64,000 nucleotides of DNA, taken from contig CATNEN010000029.1 of NCBI GenBank assembly GCA_950097015.1, forward strand, positions 8,432,001 through 8,496,000, read 5' to 3'. Both the position numbers and the translations under genes were made by a program. Under the pieces are notes generated by a model, which had not been told where the DNA came from, did not search any database, and saw only the letters and a program-made list of their open reading frames with translations. The stretch is from Macrostomum hystrix. Lineage: Eukaryota; Animalia; Platyhelminthes. Shown here one piece after another: positions 25,903 through 38,350 of the stretch (the stretch's first letter is position 1; the number at the start of each line of letters is the position of its first letter).

Positions 25903-26910
25903 ATGCAGCAGCGCCCGGCCTCTCCCAACGCCAACGGAGATTCAATTGACAGCCGCAGGCGAATCCAGCAGCTCGAGGAGGAGGCGGCCGAGCTGCGCGC
26001 CCAGCTGGCCATGCTGGTGTCGCTGGTGCGCGCCGCCTGGGCCGGCAGCCAGGAAGCCACCGACCAGCTGGCAGACGCAGTCAACTGGACGGGCGAATCG
26101 GCCGCTGACGATGAGCAGTCCGGAGCAGCCTCGGCACTGCTGCTCTCGGATGCGCAGAAGGACGCTCTCCGACGCCGGGTGATGCAGCTGGAGGAGCTGC
26201 TCAGCCAGGAGGAGCTGTGTGCCGCCTGGGACACGCAGCGTCGCCGGGTCTCATTCAGGCCGGCGTCGGGAAATTCGACAACTGGCGGCGGCCGTTCCGG
26301 AGGCTGCACTGGTCCCGCTATGGGGATTCGAGTTCGCGACCTTGTATTACCGGCATCCGGCGCGCCGGTGGCTCGAGCGTCGCCGCAGATGCACCCGCCA
26401 GCGCAGCACAAGCCGCAGCCGCATCAGCCGCCCCCAGGTCCGCCTAGCGACCTGTTCGATCCGCAGAGTCTGATGGCTCGAGCCAACGCTCGCGTCCAAT
26501 CAGCCGCCTGTCCGACACCTCCGAGGCCGACTTCATCAGCCAGCGGACGACAACGACCGCGCACCGGCGGCCCATCGGAGCGGCGACGTCAACAGCATCC
26601 GTCGATTCCACCATCACTGATTCCAGCCGGCCCAGCGGGCGTGTCCGTTGTCGGCGAGCGACCGATGAAGTTTGAGCAGCGCAGCTCGGCGGCGGATGGC
26701 GGCGGATCGACTCGACAGCAACAGCGCCTGACCTCCGTGCGTCTGGTTCCAGCCGGGAGGAGGCGAGGGCAGCAGCAGCAGCACACTGACCACCTGACAG
26801 CAGAGGTCGCAACTGTCGAGCAGCGCGGCGGCCAGTTGGAATCAGAGTTTGACAGAGTCATGCTTGACCTGCAGCGCAAGCTGGGCCTAGACTCGCACGG
26901 TCTGGTCTGA
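25903..26910 (+). CDS. Unidentified coiled-coil / Pro-rich protein (about 335 aa, single coding exon or terminal exon)
   Basis: GC-rich non-repetitive ORF in AT-rich flanks; TTTCTCAG acceptor 2 nt before the ATG; heptad-like RIQQLEEEAAELRAQLAML and C-terminal LTAEVATVEQRGGQLESEFDRVMLDL. The ORF-track start 25690 lies in AT-rich, intron-like DNA. Confidence 0.75.
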   Translation: MQQRPASPNANGDSIDSRRRIQQLEEEAAELRAQLAMLVSLVRAAWAGSQEATDQLADAVNWTGESAADDEQSGAASALLLSDAQKDALRRRVMQLEELLSQEELCAAWDTQRRRVSFRPASGNSTTGGGRSGGCTGPAMGIRVRDLVLPASGAPVARASPQMHPPAQHKPQPHQPPPGPPSDLFDPQSLMARANARVQSAACPTPPRPTSSASGRQRPRTGGPSERRRQQHPSIPPSLIPAGPAGVSVVGERPMKFEQRSSAADGGGSTRQQQRLTSVRLVPAGRRRGQQQQHTDHLTAEVATVEQRGGQLESEFDRVMLDLQRKLGLDSHGLV

Positions 26911-27100
26911 GCTGATTGGTTGGACTCGAACAAGTCTGGTCTGAGCTGATTGGTTGGACTCGAACAAGTCTGGTCTGAGCTGATTGGTTGGACTCGAACA
27001 AGTCTGGTCTGAGCTGATTGGTTGGACTCGAACAAGTCTGGTCTGAGCTGATTGGTCGGACTCGCATCGTCTAGTCTAAGCTGATTGGTTGGACTTGCAT
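26901..27100. repeat. 34-bp minisatellite (TCTGGTCTGAGCTGATTGGTTGGACTCGAACAAG)n
   Basis: About 6 copies; the first overlaps the stop codon of the 25903-26910 ORF. Confidence 0.93.
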
Positions 27101-27729
27101 TGTTTTGAAGTCTCGTTAAGCTGAGTTTTCTCTATGCGCGGTTTTATTTACTCTCACGCTACGAGAATAGTTAATAAAAATATTTTTTGTCAAATGCACC
27201 GCTTGTCTACTGATGTTAGTAACGTATAACGCGTTTGCCAAGTGTGTAATTACAAATCTCTGGAAATTCGAAACGCGAGACTCTGCATTAGGTACTTAAA
27301 GCGGGAAATGCCTCAAATGAATGGCTTTTTTAATAACTGGGTCAAGGCTTGTTTTATTTATCAGATTTTCTGTTTGCAGATAATTTTTATGTGAGGTAGT
27401 TCACTGCTTTTTTCTTACAAACATTTTCTTGCTTGTAAATGTTATCTTTGTCACAATATTTCTCAATAGCTATGTGGTTTGATTGCTTATAATGAGCTTC
27501 AAATTTTTGTGTGTAATTGTACATTTCATTTCATTGTTTATTCTTTTGATTTCCTGAAATTCGACACTGAAAGCTGAAAGACATTCTGTTTGAATATGTT
27601 AACTGATGTTGAAACCTTTTAGATAGTATTAAAAATATCTTAAATTAGCTCCAGAATGTTTAGACACTGACTTCCGACATGTTAGACTTGACTTGAGTCT
27701 AGTCAAGTCAAGACATGTTAGACAGTGTT

Positions 27730-28135
27730 CCAGAGTGTTAGATAAGGTTCCAGAGTGTTAGATAAGGTTCCAGAGTGTTAGATAAGGTTTCAGAGTGTTA
27801 GATAAGGTTCTAGAGTGTTAGATAAGGTTCCAGAGTGTTAGATAAGGTTCCAGAGTGTTAGATAAGGTTCCAGAGTGTTAGATAAGGTTCCAGAGTGTTA
27901 GATAAGGTTCCAGAGTGTTAGATAAGGTTCCAGAGTGTTAGATAAGGTTCCAGAGTGTTAGATAAGGTTCCAGAGTTTTAGATAAGGTTCCAGAGTGTTA
28001 GATAAGGTTCCAGAGTGTTAAATAAGGTTCCAGAGTGTCAGACAGGGTTCCAGAGTGTCAGACAGGGTTCCAGAGTGTCAGACAGGGTTCCAGAGTGTCA
28101 GACAGGGTTCCAGAGTGTCAGACAGGGTTCCAGCA
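27730..28135. repeat. 20-bp minisatellite (CCAGAGTGTTAGATAAGGTT)n
   Basis: About 20 copies, with a variant block at the right end. Confidence 0.96.
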
Positions 28136-28402
28136 TGAGAGACAAGTTTACGGACGACAATGGGAGTGATTACCGTGTTTTTTCACTCGTGAGATTGATT
28201 GATTTCTAAAGCACGCAGAAAAAATACACAATTATTTGAAGAGTGCACGTTTCAACTTTTAAATTAACCTGGCTTTGATCAGTTAAACTGATTTCAAATT
28301 TCAAAAAAGCTCTGCTTAACCTTCTGCTTAACCTGTTTATTTTTTTTTCGAAATGAATTTTATATACGGTAGATATATAACTTATCTAACTCCGATCGAG
28401 GA

Positions 28403-29060
28403 AAGTGGCGTGTAGCTAGGAAGTTTTTGGGGGGCGCCACCTTGGATTTGGGAAGGGGCGCCACATTGGATTTGGGAAGGGGCGCCACCTTGGATTTTGG
28501 GAAGGGGCGCCACATTGGATTTGGGAAGGGGCGCCACCTTGGATTTTGGGAAGGGGCGCCACCTTGGATTTGGGAAGGGGCGCCACATTGGATTTGGGAA
28601 GGGGCGCCACATTGGATTTGGGAAGGGGCGCCACCTTGGATTTTGGGAAGGGGCGCCACCTTGGATTTGGGAAGGGGCGCCACCTTGGATTTGGGAAGGG
28701 GCGCCACATTGGATTTGGGAAGGGGCGCCACATTGGATTTGGGAAGGGGCGCCACCTTGGATTTGGGAAGGGGCGCCACCTTGGATTTTGGGAAGGGGCG
28801 CCACCTTGGATTTTGGGAAGGGGCGCCACCTTGGATTTGGGAAGGGGCGCCACATTGGATTTGGGAAGGGGCGCCACCTTGGATTTTGGGAAGGGGCGCC
28901 ACATTAGATTTGGGAAGGGGCGCCACCTTGGATTTTGGGAAGGGGCGCCACCTTGGATTTGGGAAGGGGCGCCACCTTGGATTTGGGAAGGGTGCCACCT
29001 TGGATATAAGAGTCGTTGGTCACCCCATGAGTCGGGGCGCACCACCTAGCTGTGCCTCTG
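28403..29060. mobile_element. Possible degenerate MITE enclosing the 24/25-bp array
   Basis: Left end AAGTGGCGTGTAGCTAGG and reverse complement of right end CAGAGGCACAGCTAGG share AGCTAGG and a CAG(T/A)GGC-like terminus; no TSD found. Confidence 0.4.
28430..29000. repeat. 24/25-bp minisatellite (GGAAGGGGCGCCACCTTGGATTTG)n
   Basis: About 23 copies; explains six spurious ORFs. Confidence 0.96.
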
Positions 29061-31824
29061 TCCTAGCAGGTTAGGATTTCAAGAGTATTAAAAATTGGTT
29101 CAATTATCATGAGAATCTATAGTTTCCGAGTTCATCTTCGTGAATGTCAGTGAAGTTGCCTCCATCGAGGCATTCGATCGATGCGTGCCTATTGATCGCT
29201 TGGCTAAGGCACTGCTCAAAGAATTTTAGCACAGCTTGTATCAATATGTCTCAAAAATTTTTTAGGGATCAGAAATGGGAGAACAAAAAACGATTAGATG
29301 AAAACTGAAGAAATTTGACAATTTTCCAGTTTTTTCTAATAACTTGTAACAATCCGCCTTAGATGTCAGTGTTCGATTGTTGCCGACCAAAAGAGGAATG
29401 AAATTTGATTAGAAATCGAACTTTTGAGCAGATAATATACGATTCTGATTTCTTGCCAGCCGACCAAGTCAATTTCTCAATATTAATCTGAGCTCATCTT
29501 CCATTTCGATCTATATCCATAGAAAAATAACAATTTTTAAGTCGAGTTTTTGTTATAATCTTTCTGACAGAGTGATCAACCCCGAGGAGCCGGTCGCTTT
29601 GGTTCCCTCATTCCGGAACCTCCCACCTTAGAGGCTTGCCTAGCTGCAGGGCAATCGGCAAAAGCAGACAAAATTCATGTGCCAGCCTCTTCACTTTCTC
29701 CCTGTCTCTGTTAACTTTCTGTAATTGCCCGACAACCTTTCTTGATCAACGGAAGCGGAGCATCTGCTTTCTCCTCTTCTCATTCGAGTCTTATTAGCTC
29801 GGAGGGGGTCGCGGTAGTTGCTGGGAGCAGTTAGGGAAAACTTCCCTCCAGCGCCGCTGCCCCGGCATCCCCCGCTCATGGGGAGGGGGTGCCGCCGAGA
29901 GCAGAAAAGCGGGAAGTTGAGGTCGCATTTTCAAAAAAGACGGGAAAAGCCTCGCCGAGTTGCCCCCTGGGCTGGGCAAAGCTTTGAAACCGTCCAGCCA
30001 GCAGTCCACCCTGCTGTGCCCGAGTCGAGTCCAGGGGATCGTGACTGGTCATTGTTGGTCACTGGCAATTAGGGCTTCGAATGCTTTGATGTTGAGTTGG
30101 ACGAGCAAGGCGGGCTGCTTCGAGGCCGGAAACTCAGTCGCTAACAAAAAAATGGAACGCCTCAGAGGATCGAAAAGAGAGTTGAGCCATTGCTTGAGAC
30201 TTTTGGGCGACTCCTGGCAAAAAGAATTCCAACTTATAAATGAGGAGAAATGGACCGGCCCAGGTTGTTTAATTGTTTTCCAATTAGGAGCCCGCGGAAC
30301 TAACCGTGTTATCAAAAGCAAGTCACGTCTCCGCCTCTATCTGTCTCGACTCAAAGGGGCTCAACGATTCTCTGATTAGAAACTGGGGCCAACCAAACGC
30401 AACACACACGCACACACACTCAATCTTTTAAAAGAAGTTTTTTGACTTCTTTTGACACAGCGAATCACTTCATCCTTTTGTGCCAAAAATGCTAGCTTCG
30501 TTTCTTTTTTTCGTAGACCAGTTCTGGTCGGTCACGAGATTCTAAACGGGCCAAATCCTAATTATGTTCTGTTTTTTTATTTATTATGTCTATGAATTCA
30601 AATTAGTGAGTTAAAAAAACTCAAAGTCAATAATTCGGGTGTCTAAATGTGTGTCTCAAGTGGCAAAATATACTAGTGGGAAAAAATCCGACATATCTAT
30701 ACTTCAAGAAGTCAAACTAAACTAACAATGCTCACTTGAGATGCATTCTATGGATAAAAGCTATAATGACATTGTTCAAGAACTGACTAAGTCAAACAAT
30801 GCATCGGATAATAACAATGAAATTCAGTTGAAGACCTGACAGACTATAAAGGTAGAAAGCTAATTTTATGACATTTTCTCTTCAGAATTTTAAAGAATAA
30901 AATAGACTGAAATGTCAAACGAACTGCAAGCAACAAAGTAGTTCATTTCATTCAGTCTTCAAGTATAGGCCAAATTCTTGTTAATCTGGTTAATGATGTA
31001 TTCGCTGGAGGAGGAGATGCAGAAGTACCTCTGTATGCCACCTGCTGACGGTAAAGCTTCCCGACAGAGGGTCCTCCAGGGAGGCCACGGGGCGCGCAGG
31101 CCCGCAAAACAAACAATAAAATGTTTCAGCAGCAACTGCCACGGCTGGCACTGATTCAAATCTATGTAGGCCGTCGGTTGTCTATGGTCTGGAGTCCCTT
31201 AACTGGCGCCGTCCACCCCAGCCAGCCGAGTCCCTGTGGGGCAATCAAATCGGACTTCCTTCGCGTCTAATTTTGGGGAAATGGAACAACAAGGCAATTA
31301 TCCCATTTTTAGTCCTGGAGGCAGTGGTCAAGTGCATTCCTTCGCTGGCCCTGCTGCAGCCACTTCCCCCTTGGGGGTGGGTGGGGATGCCGACGGCTGG
31401 AATGAGGATCTCCCGTCAGATAAACGCTGCAGGCCGTCTGGGAGACCACCTGCAGAGGGCAGGAGAGAATAGACAGAGATAGTCTATGGGACATTGATTG
31501 GGAGTTGGGAAAATCTATAGGAGATCGAGTCAAGTGCCTGTGCGTGGCGCGACACAAACGGACCCGTTTTAGCCAAAACAAGATTATGGTGTCTCGCGCA
31601 ACAAAGACCACGCCTTATGGACTGGAAGCAGTTGACCACTTCGTGTCTAGCTTTCTGTATCTGTTAAAAATCACATACTTATCACCCTGTAAATTTCCCA
31701 AGGCTCATTGTTTTGATGCGTTAGAATTATTATCGTTTTGAAGCCAAAGAACTCTTGTTCCCAGAATCAACTTTTTCGAAATTCAACTTTTGAATCTCAT
31801 TCCCCGAAACTGGTTACAAATCGT

Positions 31825-33665
31825 AGATACACATTTCCTGGATCTCAATCCTAGAAGCACATTTCCTGGATCTCATTCCTAGAAACACATTTTCTGGATC
31901 TCAATCCTAGAAACACATTTCCTGGATCTCAATCCTAGAAACACATTTCCTGGATCTCAATCCTAGAAACACATTTCCTGGATCTCATTCCTTGGAGCAC
32001 ATTTCCTGAATCTCATTCCTAGAAATACATTTCCCGAATCTCATTCCTAGAAGCACATTTCCTGAATCTCATTCCTAGAAATACATTTCCCGAATCTCAT
32101 TCCTAGAAACACATTTCCCGAATCTCATTACAAGAAACACATTTCCGAATCTCAGTCCTAAAAAACACATTTCCTGGATCTCATTCCTAAAAAGACATTT
32201 TCTGGATCTCATTCCTAAAAAGACATTTTCTGAATCTCATTCCTAAAAAGACATTTCCTGGATCTCTTTCCTAAAAACACATTTCTGAATCTGAAACATA
32301 TTTCTTGGATCTCATTCCTAGAAACATATTTCTTGAATCTCATTCCTAGAAGCACATTTCCCGAATCTCATTCCTAGAAACACATTTCCCGAATCTCATT
32401 CCTAGAAGCACATTTCTCGAATCTCATTCCTAGAAACACATTTCCCGAATCTCATTACAAGAAACACATTTCCGAATCTCAGTCCTAAAAAGACATTTTC
32501 TGGATCTCATTCCTAAAAAGACATTTTCTGAATCTCATTCCTAAAAAGACATTTTCTGGATCTCATTCCAAATGAGACATTTCCTGGATCTCTTTCCTAA
32601 AAACACATTTCTGAATCTCATTCCTAGAAACACATTTTCTGGATCTCAATCCTAAAAACACATTTCCTGGATCTCATTCCTAAAAATACATTTCCGAATC
32701 TCATTCCTAGAAACACATTTCCTGGATCTCATTCCTAAAAACACATTTCCTGGATCTCATTCCTAAAAACACATTTCCTGGATCTCATTCCTAGAAACAC
32801 ATTTCCTGGATCTCAATCCTAAAAAGACATTTCCTGGATCTCATTCCTAGAAACACATTTCCTGGATCTCATTCCTAGAAGCACATTTCTCGAATCTCAT
32901 TACTAGAAACACATTTCCCGAATCTCATTACAAGAAACACATTTCCGAATCTCATTCCTAGAAACACATTTCCTGGATCTCATTCCTAGAAAGACATTTC
33001 CTGGATCTCATTCCTAGAAAAAAATTCTTGGATCTCATTCCTAGAAACACATTTCTTGGATCTCATTCCTAGAAACACATTTCCTGAATCTCATTCCTAG
33101 AAATACATTTCCTGAATCTCATTCCTAGAAGCACATTTCCCGAATCTCATTCCTAGAAACACATTTCCCGAATCTCATTCCTAGAAGCACATTTCTCGAA
33201 TCTCATTCCTAGAAACACATTTCCCGAATCTCATTACAAGAAACACATTTCCGAATCTCAGTCCTAAAAAGACATTTTCTGGATCTCATTCCTAAAAAGA
33301 CATTTTCTGAATCTCATTCCTAAAAAGACATTTTCTGGATCTCATTCCTAAAAAGACATTTCCTGGATCTCTTTCCTAAAAACACATTTCTGAATCTCAT
33401 TCCTAGAAACACATTTTCTGGATCTCATTCCTAAAAAGACATTTACTGGATCTCATTCCTAAAAACACATTTCCGGGATCTCATTCCTAGAAACACATTT
33501 CCTGGATCTCAATCCTAAAAAGACATTTCCTGGATCTCATTCCTAGAAACACATTTCCTGGATCTCATTCCTAGAAACACATTCCTTGGATCTTATTCCT
33601 AGAAACACATTTCCTGGATCTCATTCCTTGAAGTACATTTTCCGAATCTCATTCCTAAAAACACA
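31825..33665. repeat. 28-bp minisatellite (ATCTCATTCCTAGAAACACATTTCCTGG)n
   Basis: About 65 diverged copies with an internal block duplication of about 780-bp offset. Confidence 0.96.
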
Positions 33666-34549
33666 TTTATAGTCATCTTATTTCTTTATTCCATGAATCA
33701 TATTCTCCTAATTTCGATATCTGAAAATTATTTTATTTTAAGATCACATATTAAAATCAGATCTGATTATGTACCCCATCCGATCCCTACTCGCTCTCTC
33801 CCAACGCTCAAGATCCCAAACATATTTTTGCTCATATTTAGTGTATCCTCCAATTCTATTTTAAGCATCTTTCTAGACATGTAATTCCGGCAATATATGC
33901 TATTTTAATTGTTACATTTCGTCACATGGACATAGTCTCCTAGACAATTGTGAGGTAGTTTATCCCCATCATTTTGCTGACGAAGAAAATTTATACCTTC
34001 AAGGCAGGAGGAGATAAGAAGACAATTAGGCTGAGATCTAACTTTGAGTGCCGGAGCCAAACTCGAAACGGCTCGCTATAATCAATACAAATGATGGCTA
34101 TTTGATTTCATAAACTTGGGATGGGGTGGGCGGCCGCCAGGGAGGATCCCGTTACTGAATCCCAATTCCACGCGCTTCAATGTTGCCCACTATAAACCTG
34201 AGCAGTTTTTGAGCAGTGTGTTATTGTTTTACGCGACAAAATTGTTACCGGACTTGGTACATGGCCGCAGCCACAACTGGGAGAGTGAGTGAAATGTGAC
34301 ACTGTTTAGGCGCATTTGAGTTTGCCCATTATCTAACCAATGTGTGGGGCAGATATCTAATTGCGCTTGCTACATGCCCAGTCAAATTCGCTAATGAATG
34401 GGCGATAATATAGTGAGGTGAGGAGCGCACGGGAAATCTGCTAACTTAGCTCGGATTCCCATCGCATCACATCACCTCTATTTAGATGGCATTTGCTAAA
34501 ACTGGCCGCCAAGAGAAAGTTATTGTAGATTTATTGATTAAGAAGAATA

Positions 34550-35025
34550 GGGATGGACAAGGATAGAGATGAGGATAGAGATATAGAAAGATAGATATGT
34601 AAAAGTATTGAGACGGAAAAGGATAGAGACGGATAAGGATAGAGACGGATAAGGATAGAGACGGATAAGGATAGAGACGGATAAGGATAGAGACGGATAA
34701 GGATAGAGACGGATAAGGATAGAGACGGATAAGAATAGATACGGATAAGGATAGAGATTGATAAGAATATAGATTGATAAGGATAGAGATTGATAGGGAT
34801 AGATATTGATAAGGATAGATATTGATAAGGATAGAGATTGATAAGGATAGAGATTGATAAGGATAGACATGGAAAAGGATAGAGATTGATAAGGATAGAC
34901 ATGGATAAGGATAGACATGGATAAGGATAGACATGGATAAGGATAGACATGGATAAGGATAGACATGGATAAGGATAGACATGGATAAGGATAGACATGG
35001 ATAAGGATAGATATGGATAAGGATT
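34550..35025. repeat. 16-bp purine-rich minisatellite (GGATAAGGATAGAGAC and variants)
   Basis: Three successive variant blocks. Confidence 0.95.
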
Positions 35026-35709
35026 TACGAGCTAAATAGAAAATGATTACTCTTATAAGACAGTTTCTTTACTTTCCTGCATGCAGTTTTTTGTTTTTTC
35101 AAGTTCGCAAACCATTAATGATTTCTATCGCTGACTCAACACCTAAGAAGGTGGAGTGTGCCGAAATGCTCAAAGCATCTCGCGCCAACGACACTTTCCA
35201 GCGCAGCCAAGAACCGACTCTAAGAACGGGAAGCTGGAATTGTTGAAGTGATGAAGTTAAAGACTAAAATAGGTGTAGAAAATCAATTAGCACAATGGTG
35301 GTCGGTGTGTGTGTGTCTCAGCTGGGGCGGAGTGGGACTTAGTCAAGAGGATCGGCGAGTCAGCGGGATGCCGGAATCCCAGGTGTGTTTGTGTGCCAGG
35401 TTTGAGATGGCCGTGAAGACTCAACAGCCCTTCGTGCGTGCTTTGGTGGCCGGAATGTCCACACAGATTGAAGCAGCTTTTTTGGCCTGCTGCTTAATGA
35501 GCGAAATCCCCTTCGAAGTTGTTCAAGCGCTGACAAGGATGAGGTGGGGCCGAGGAGCCAGCTCGAGGTTGGAGTGGCTCGAATGTTTGTTAAACACACG
35601 CGCGCTCTGCCTAAATCTCTGAACTTGCCACCTTCCCAGATTCCTGGGCCCAAGGAATCACATTCTCCAATGACTTAAAAAATCCCGTGTTTCCAGGAAT
35701 TTGAAAAAT

Positions 35710-36240
35710 CAAACCTACATCGAAACAATCTAAATCCCATATCTACGAAATTTGAATCCAAGAAAAATCGGAACCCCATTTCACAACAAAAGTCTAAATC
35801 CCATTCTTCGAAACAATCTAAATCCCATTCCTAGAAATTTAAATCCTATTCGTTAGAGCAGTCGAAATCCCATTCTTCGAAACAATTTAAATCCCATTCC
35901 TATAAAATGTAAATCCTATTCGTTAGAGCAGTCGAAATCCCATTATTTGAAACAATGTAAATCCCATTCCTAGAAAATGTAAATCCCATTCGTCAAATTA
36001 TAAAAAATCCTATTCTTTGTAACAATCTGAGTACATTTTTAAAACAAATTAAAATCCCATTTTTAAAACAAATTGAAATCCCATTTTTAAAACAAATTGA
36101 AATCACATTTTTAAAACAAATTGAAATCCTATTTTTACATCGAATAAAATCCCATTCTTCAAAAAAAGGAAATCCTAATTCAGAAAAGAGTGTTTAAAAA
36201 ATTTCGCCGTCCCACATTAAAATATTTTCTAAATCCTAAT
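35710..36240. repeat. Decayed ~24-bp repeat (AAATCCCATTCTTCGAAACAAT-like)
   Basis: Recurrent AAATCCCATT/AAATCCTATT cores at roughly regular spacing. Confidence 0.7.
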
Positions 36241-37524
36241 TTTCTAATTTCAGAAGCAGATTATCGGAACAGGCAGATTAAAAATCAAATACTTGCGCAG
36301 TCATGATCACTCATTAATCTGGTCGGTGACTTTGCATCCATGCAGTGATTTGTGTAGCCAGTCACTGTTTTATAAGATTATCCATGTATGCCGAAATTGA
36401 TGGCCATCTTATAATCAGATCTGTTTAATCAGCGGCCTCATTAAGTGCCGCTGATTTATGTAAAAATTGTTTTTTTACAAGCTTGCTTAGATTGGCACTA
36501 AGGTCTCCATTCTCCAATTCTGCTTTTGCCTTCTTTATTTCGTTTTTTATGAATAATAACCAGTGCGAGATGGAAAGCACGCAGCACTAGCAGCACTAGC
36601 AGCAGCATTCAAGCAAATATATTTATTGATAGGCGTCAGTCACTCAGTCTGCTGTTGCAGTCTATTGTAGCTGGTTGCAGCAACTGAAAAGCCGGATTGC
36701 TGATTTGTGTTTTTATTATAAGCGCCCAACATTTGTGCTTCTGATACTTATCTGGCAGTGTTCCACCAGCCTTTGCACCTGCAGGCCTATAGAATTTGGG
36801 ATGGCGGGCAAAGACCTGACTATACAAGATGCAATCCCAAAGGAGGCTGGGTGTCTGCCCCTTGTAACTAAGCGGGCGGGTGCTGTCAGGCCGCCTTGAA
36901 AAGATGCATTGCCGAATTTACACCAATTTGTAAAACAAACCAAAGAACAGGGGAAGAATAACCTCACTTCTCTCTCCCCTTCTCTCCGCGTGACTGATTG
37001 AAGCAAATTGTGAAAAGTTATCTGTGTGTGTGCGCGTGAAGCATGAAGCAACAGAAGTGGCAGTTAAAAATAACACAGCCCCTGGGATTAGGATAAGATT
37101 ATCGCGGACGGTGGCAACGACATCTCAATGCAAGCTATGCCGGCCTATGAAAACAGTATCTATGCGGCTTCGTATAGGGCACATGACAAGCTAGCCACAC
37201 CTTTCTTAGGTACCCAAAGGTGGTGTTGCTTTTTTGACAACTTCGACTGCATCAGCCAACCATATGCAGGCCAGATTGTTATCTAAGCGCAAAGGAAAAT
37301 ATTGGTATGTTAAGGATGCGCTTCGCAGCAAGAAAAGCTTTGTCGATGGGCTGTCAACTTTGGAAGTTAAGAGTTCTAGACAGGTCTAAGAACTGCTAGC
37401 TGCTTGGCCACTGATTTGTCTTGATTTACCCATTTTTCCTAGAAAACATTTCTAGATCTACAAGTAAATGGGTTGTATGCAACTGGCTATGATTGCTAAA
37501 GTTATTTCTACTTCTAAATTGATC

Positions 37525-38350
37525 CTCACCCATGAGCTTCTAGGCTCACCCATGAATTTCTGAGCTCACCCATGAGCTTCTGAGCTCACCCATGAACTTC
37601 TGAGCTCACCCATGAATTTCTGAGCTCACCCATGAGCTTCTGAGCTCACCCATGAACTTCTGAGCTCACCCATGAATTTATGGGCTCACCCATGAACTTC
37701 TGAGCTTACCCATGAGCTTCTGAGCTCACCCATGAATTTATGGGCTCACCCATGAACTTTTGAGCTCACCCATGAACTTCTGAGCTCACCCATGAACTTC
37801 TGAGCTCACCCATGAATTTCTGAGCTCACCCATGAACTTCTGAGCTCACCCATGAACTTCTGAGCTCACCCATGAACTTCTGAGCTCACCCATGGACTTC
37901 TGGGCTCACCCATGAACTTCTGAGCTCACCCATGAACTTCTGAGCTCACCCATGAACTTCTGAGCTCACCCATGAACTTCTGAGCTCACCCATGAACTTC
38001 TGAGCTCACCCATGAACTTTTGAGCTCACCCATGAACTTCTGAGCTCACCCATGAATTTATGGGCTCACCCATGAACTTTTGAGCTCACCCATGAGCTTC
38101 TGGGCTCACCCATGAATTTCTGAGCTCACCCGTGAACTTCTGAGCTTTGAGCTCATGAACTCGAAAAACTCATGAACTCGAAGAACTCACGAACTTAAAG
38201 AACTCACGAACTTAAAGAACTCACGAACTCGAAGAACTCATGAACTCGAAGAACTCACGAACTCGAAGAACTCACGAACTCGAAGAACTCACGAACTCGA
38301 AGAACTCATGAACTCGAAGAACTCACGAACTCGAAGAACTCACGAACTTA
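37525..38350. repeat. 20-bp minisatellite (CTCACCCATGAACTTCTGAG)n followed by 17-bp (ACTCACGAACTCGAAGA)n
   Basis: Abutting arrays, junction near 38150. Confidence 0.95.

Noticed and set aside
28360-29074. Six overlapping repetitive ORFs
   Set aside because: Products of the 24/25-bp minisatellite.
29691-31741. Several 60-140-aa ORFs
   Set aside because: No recognisable domain or consistent exon chain.
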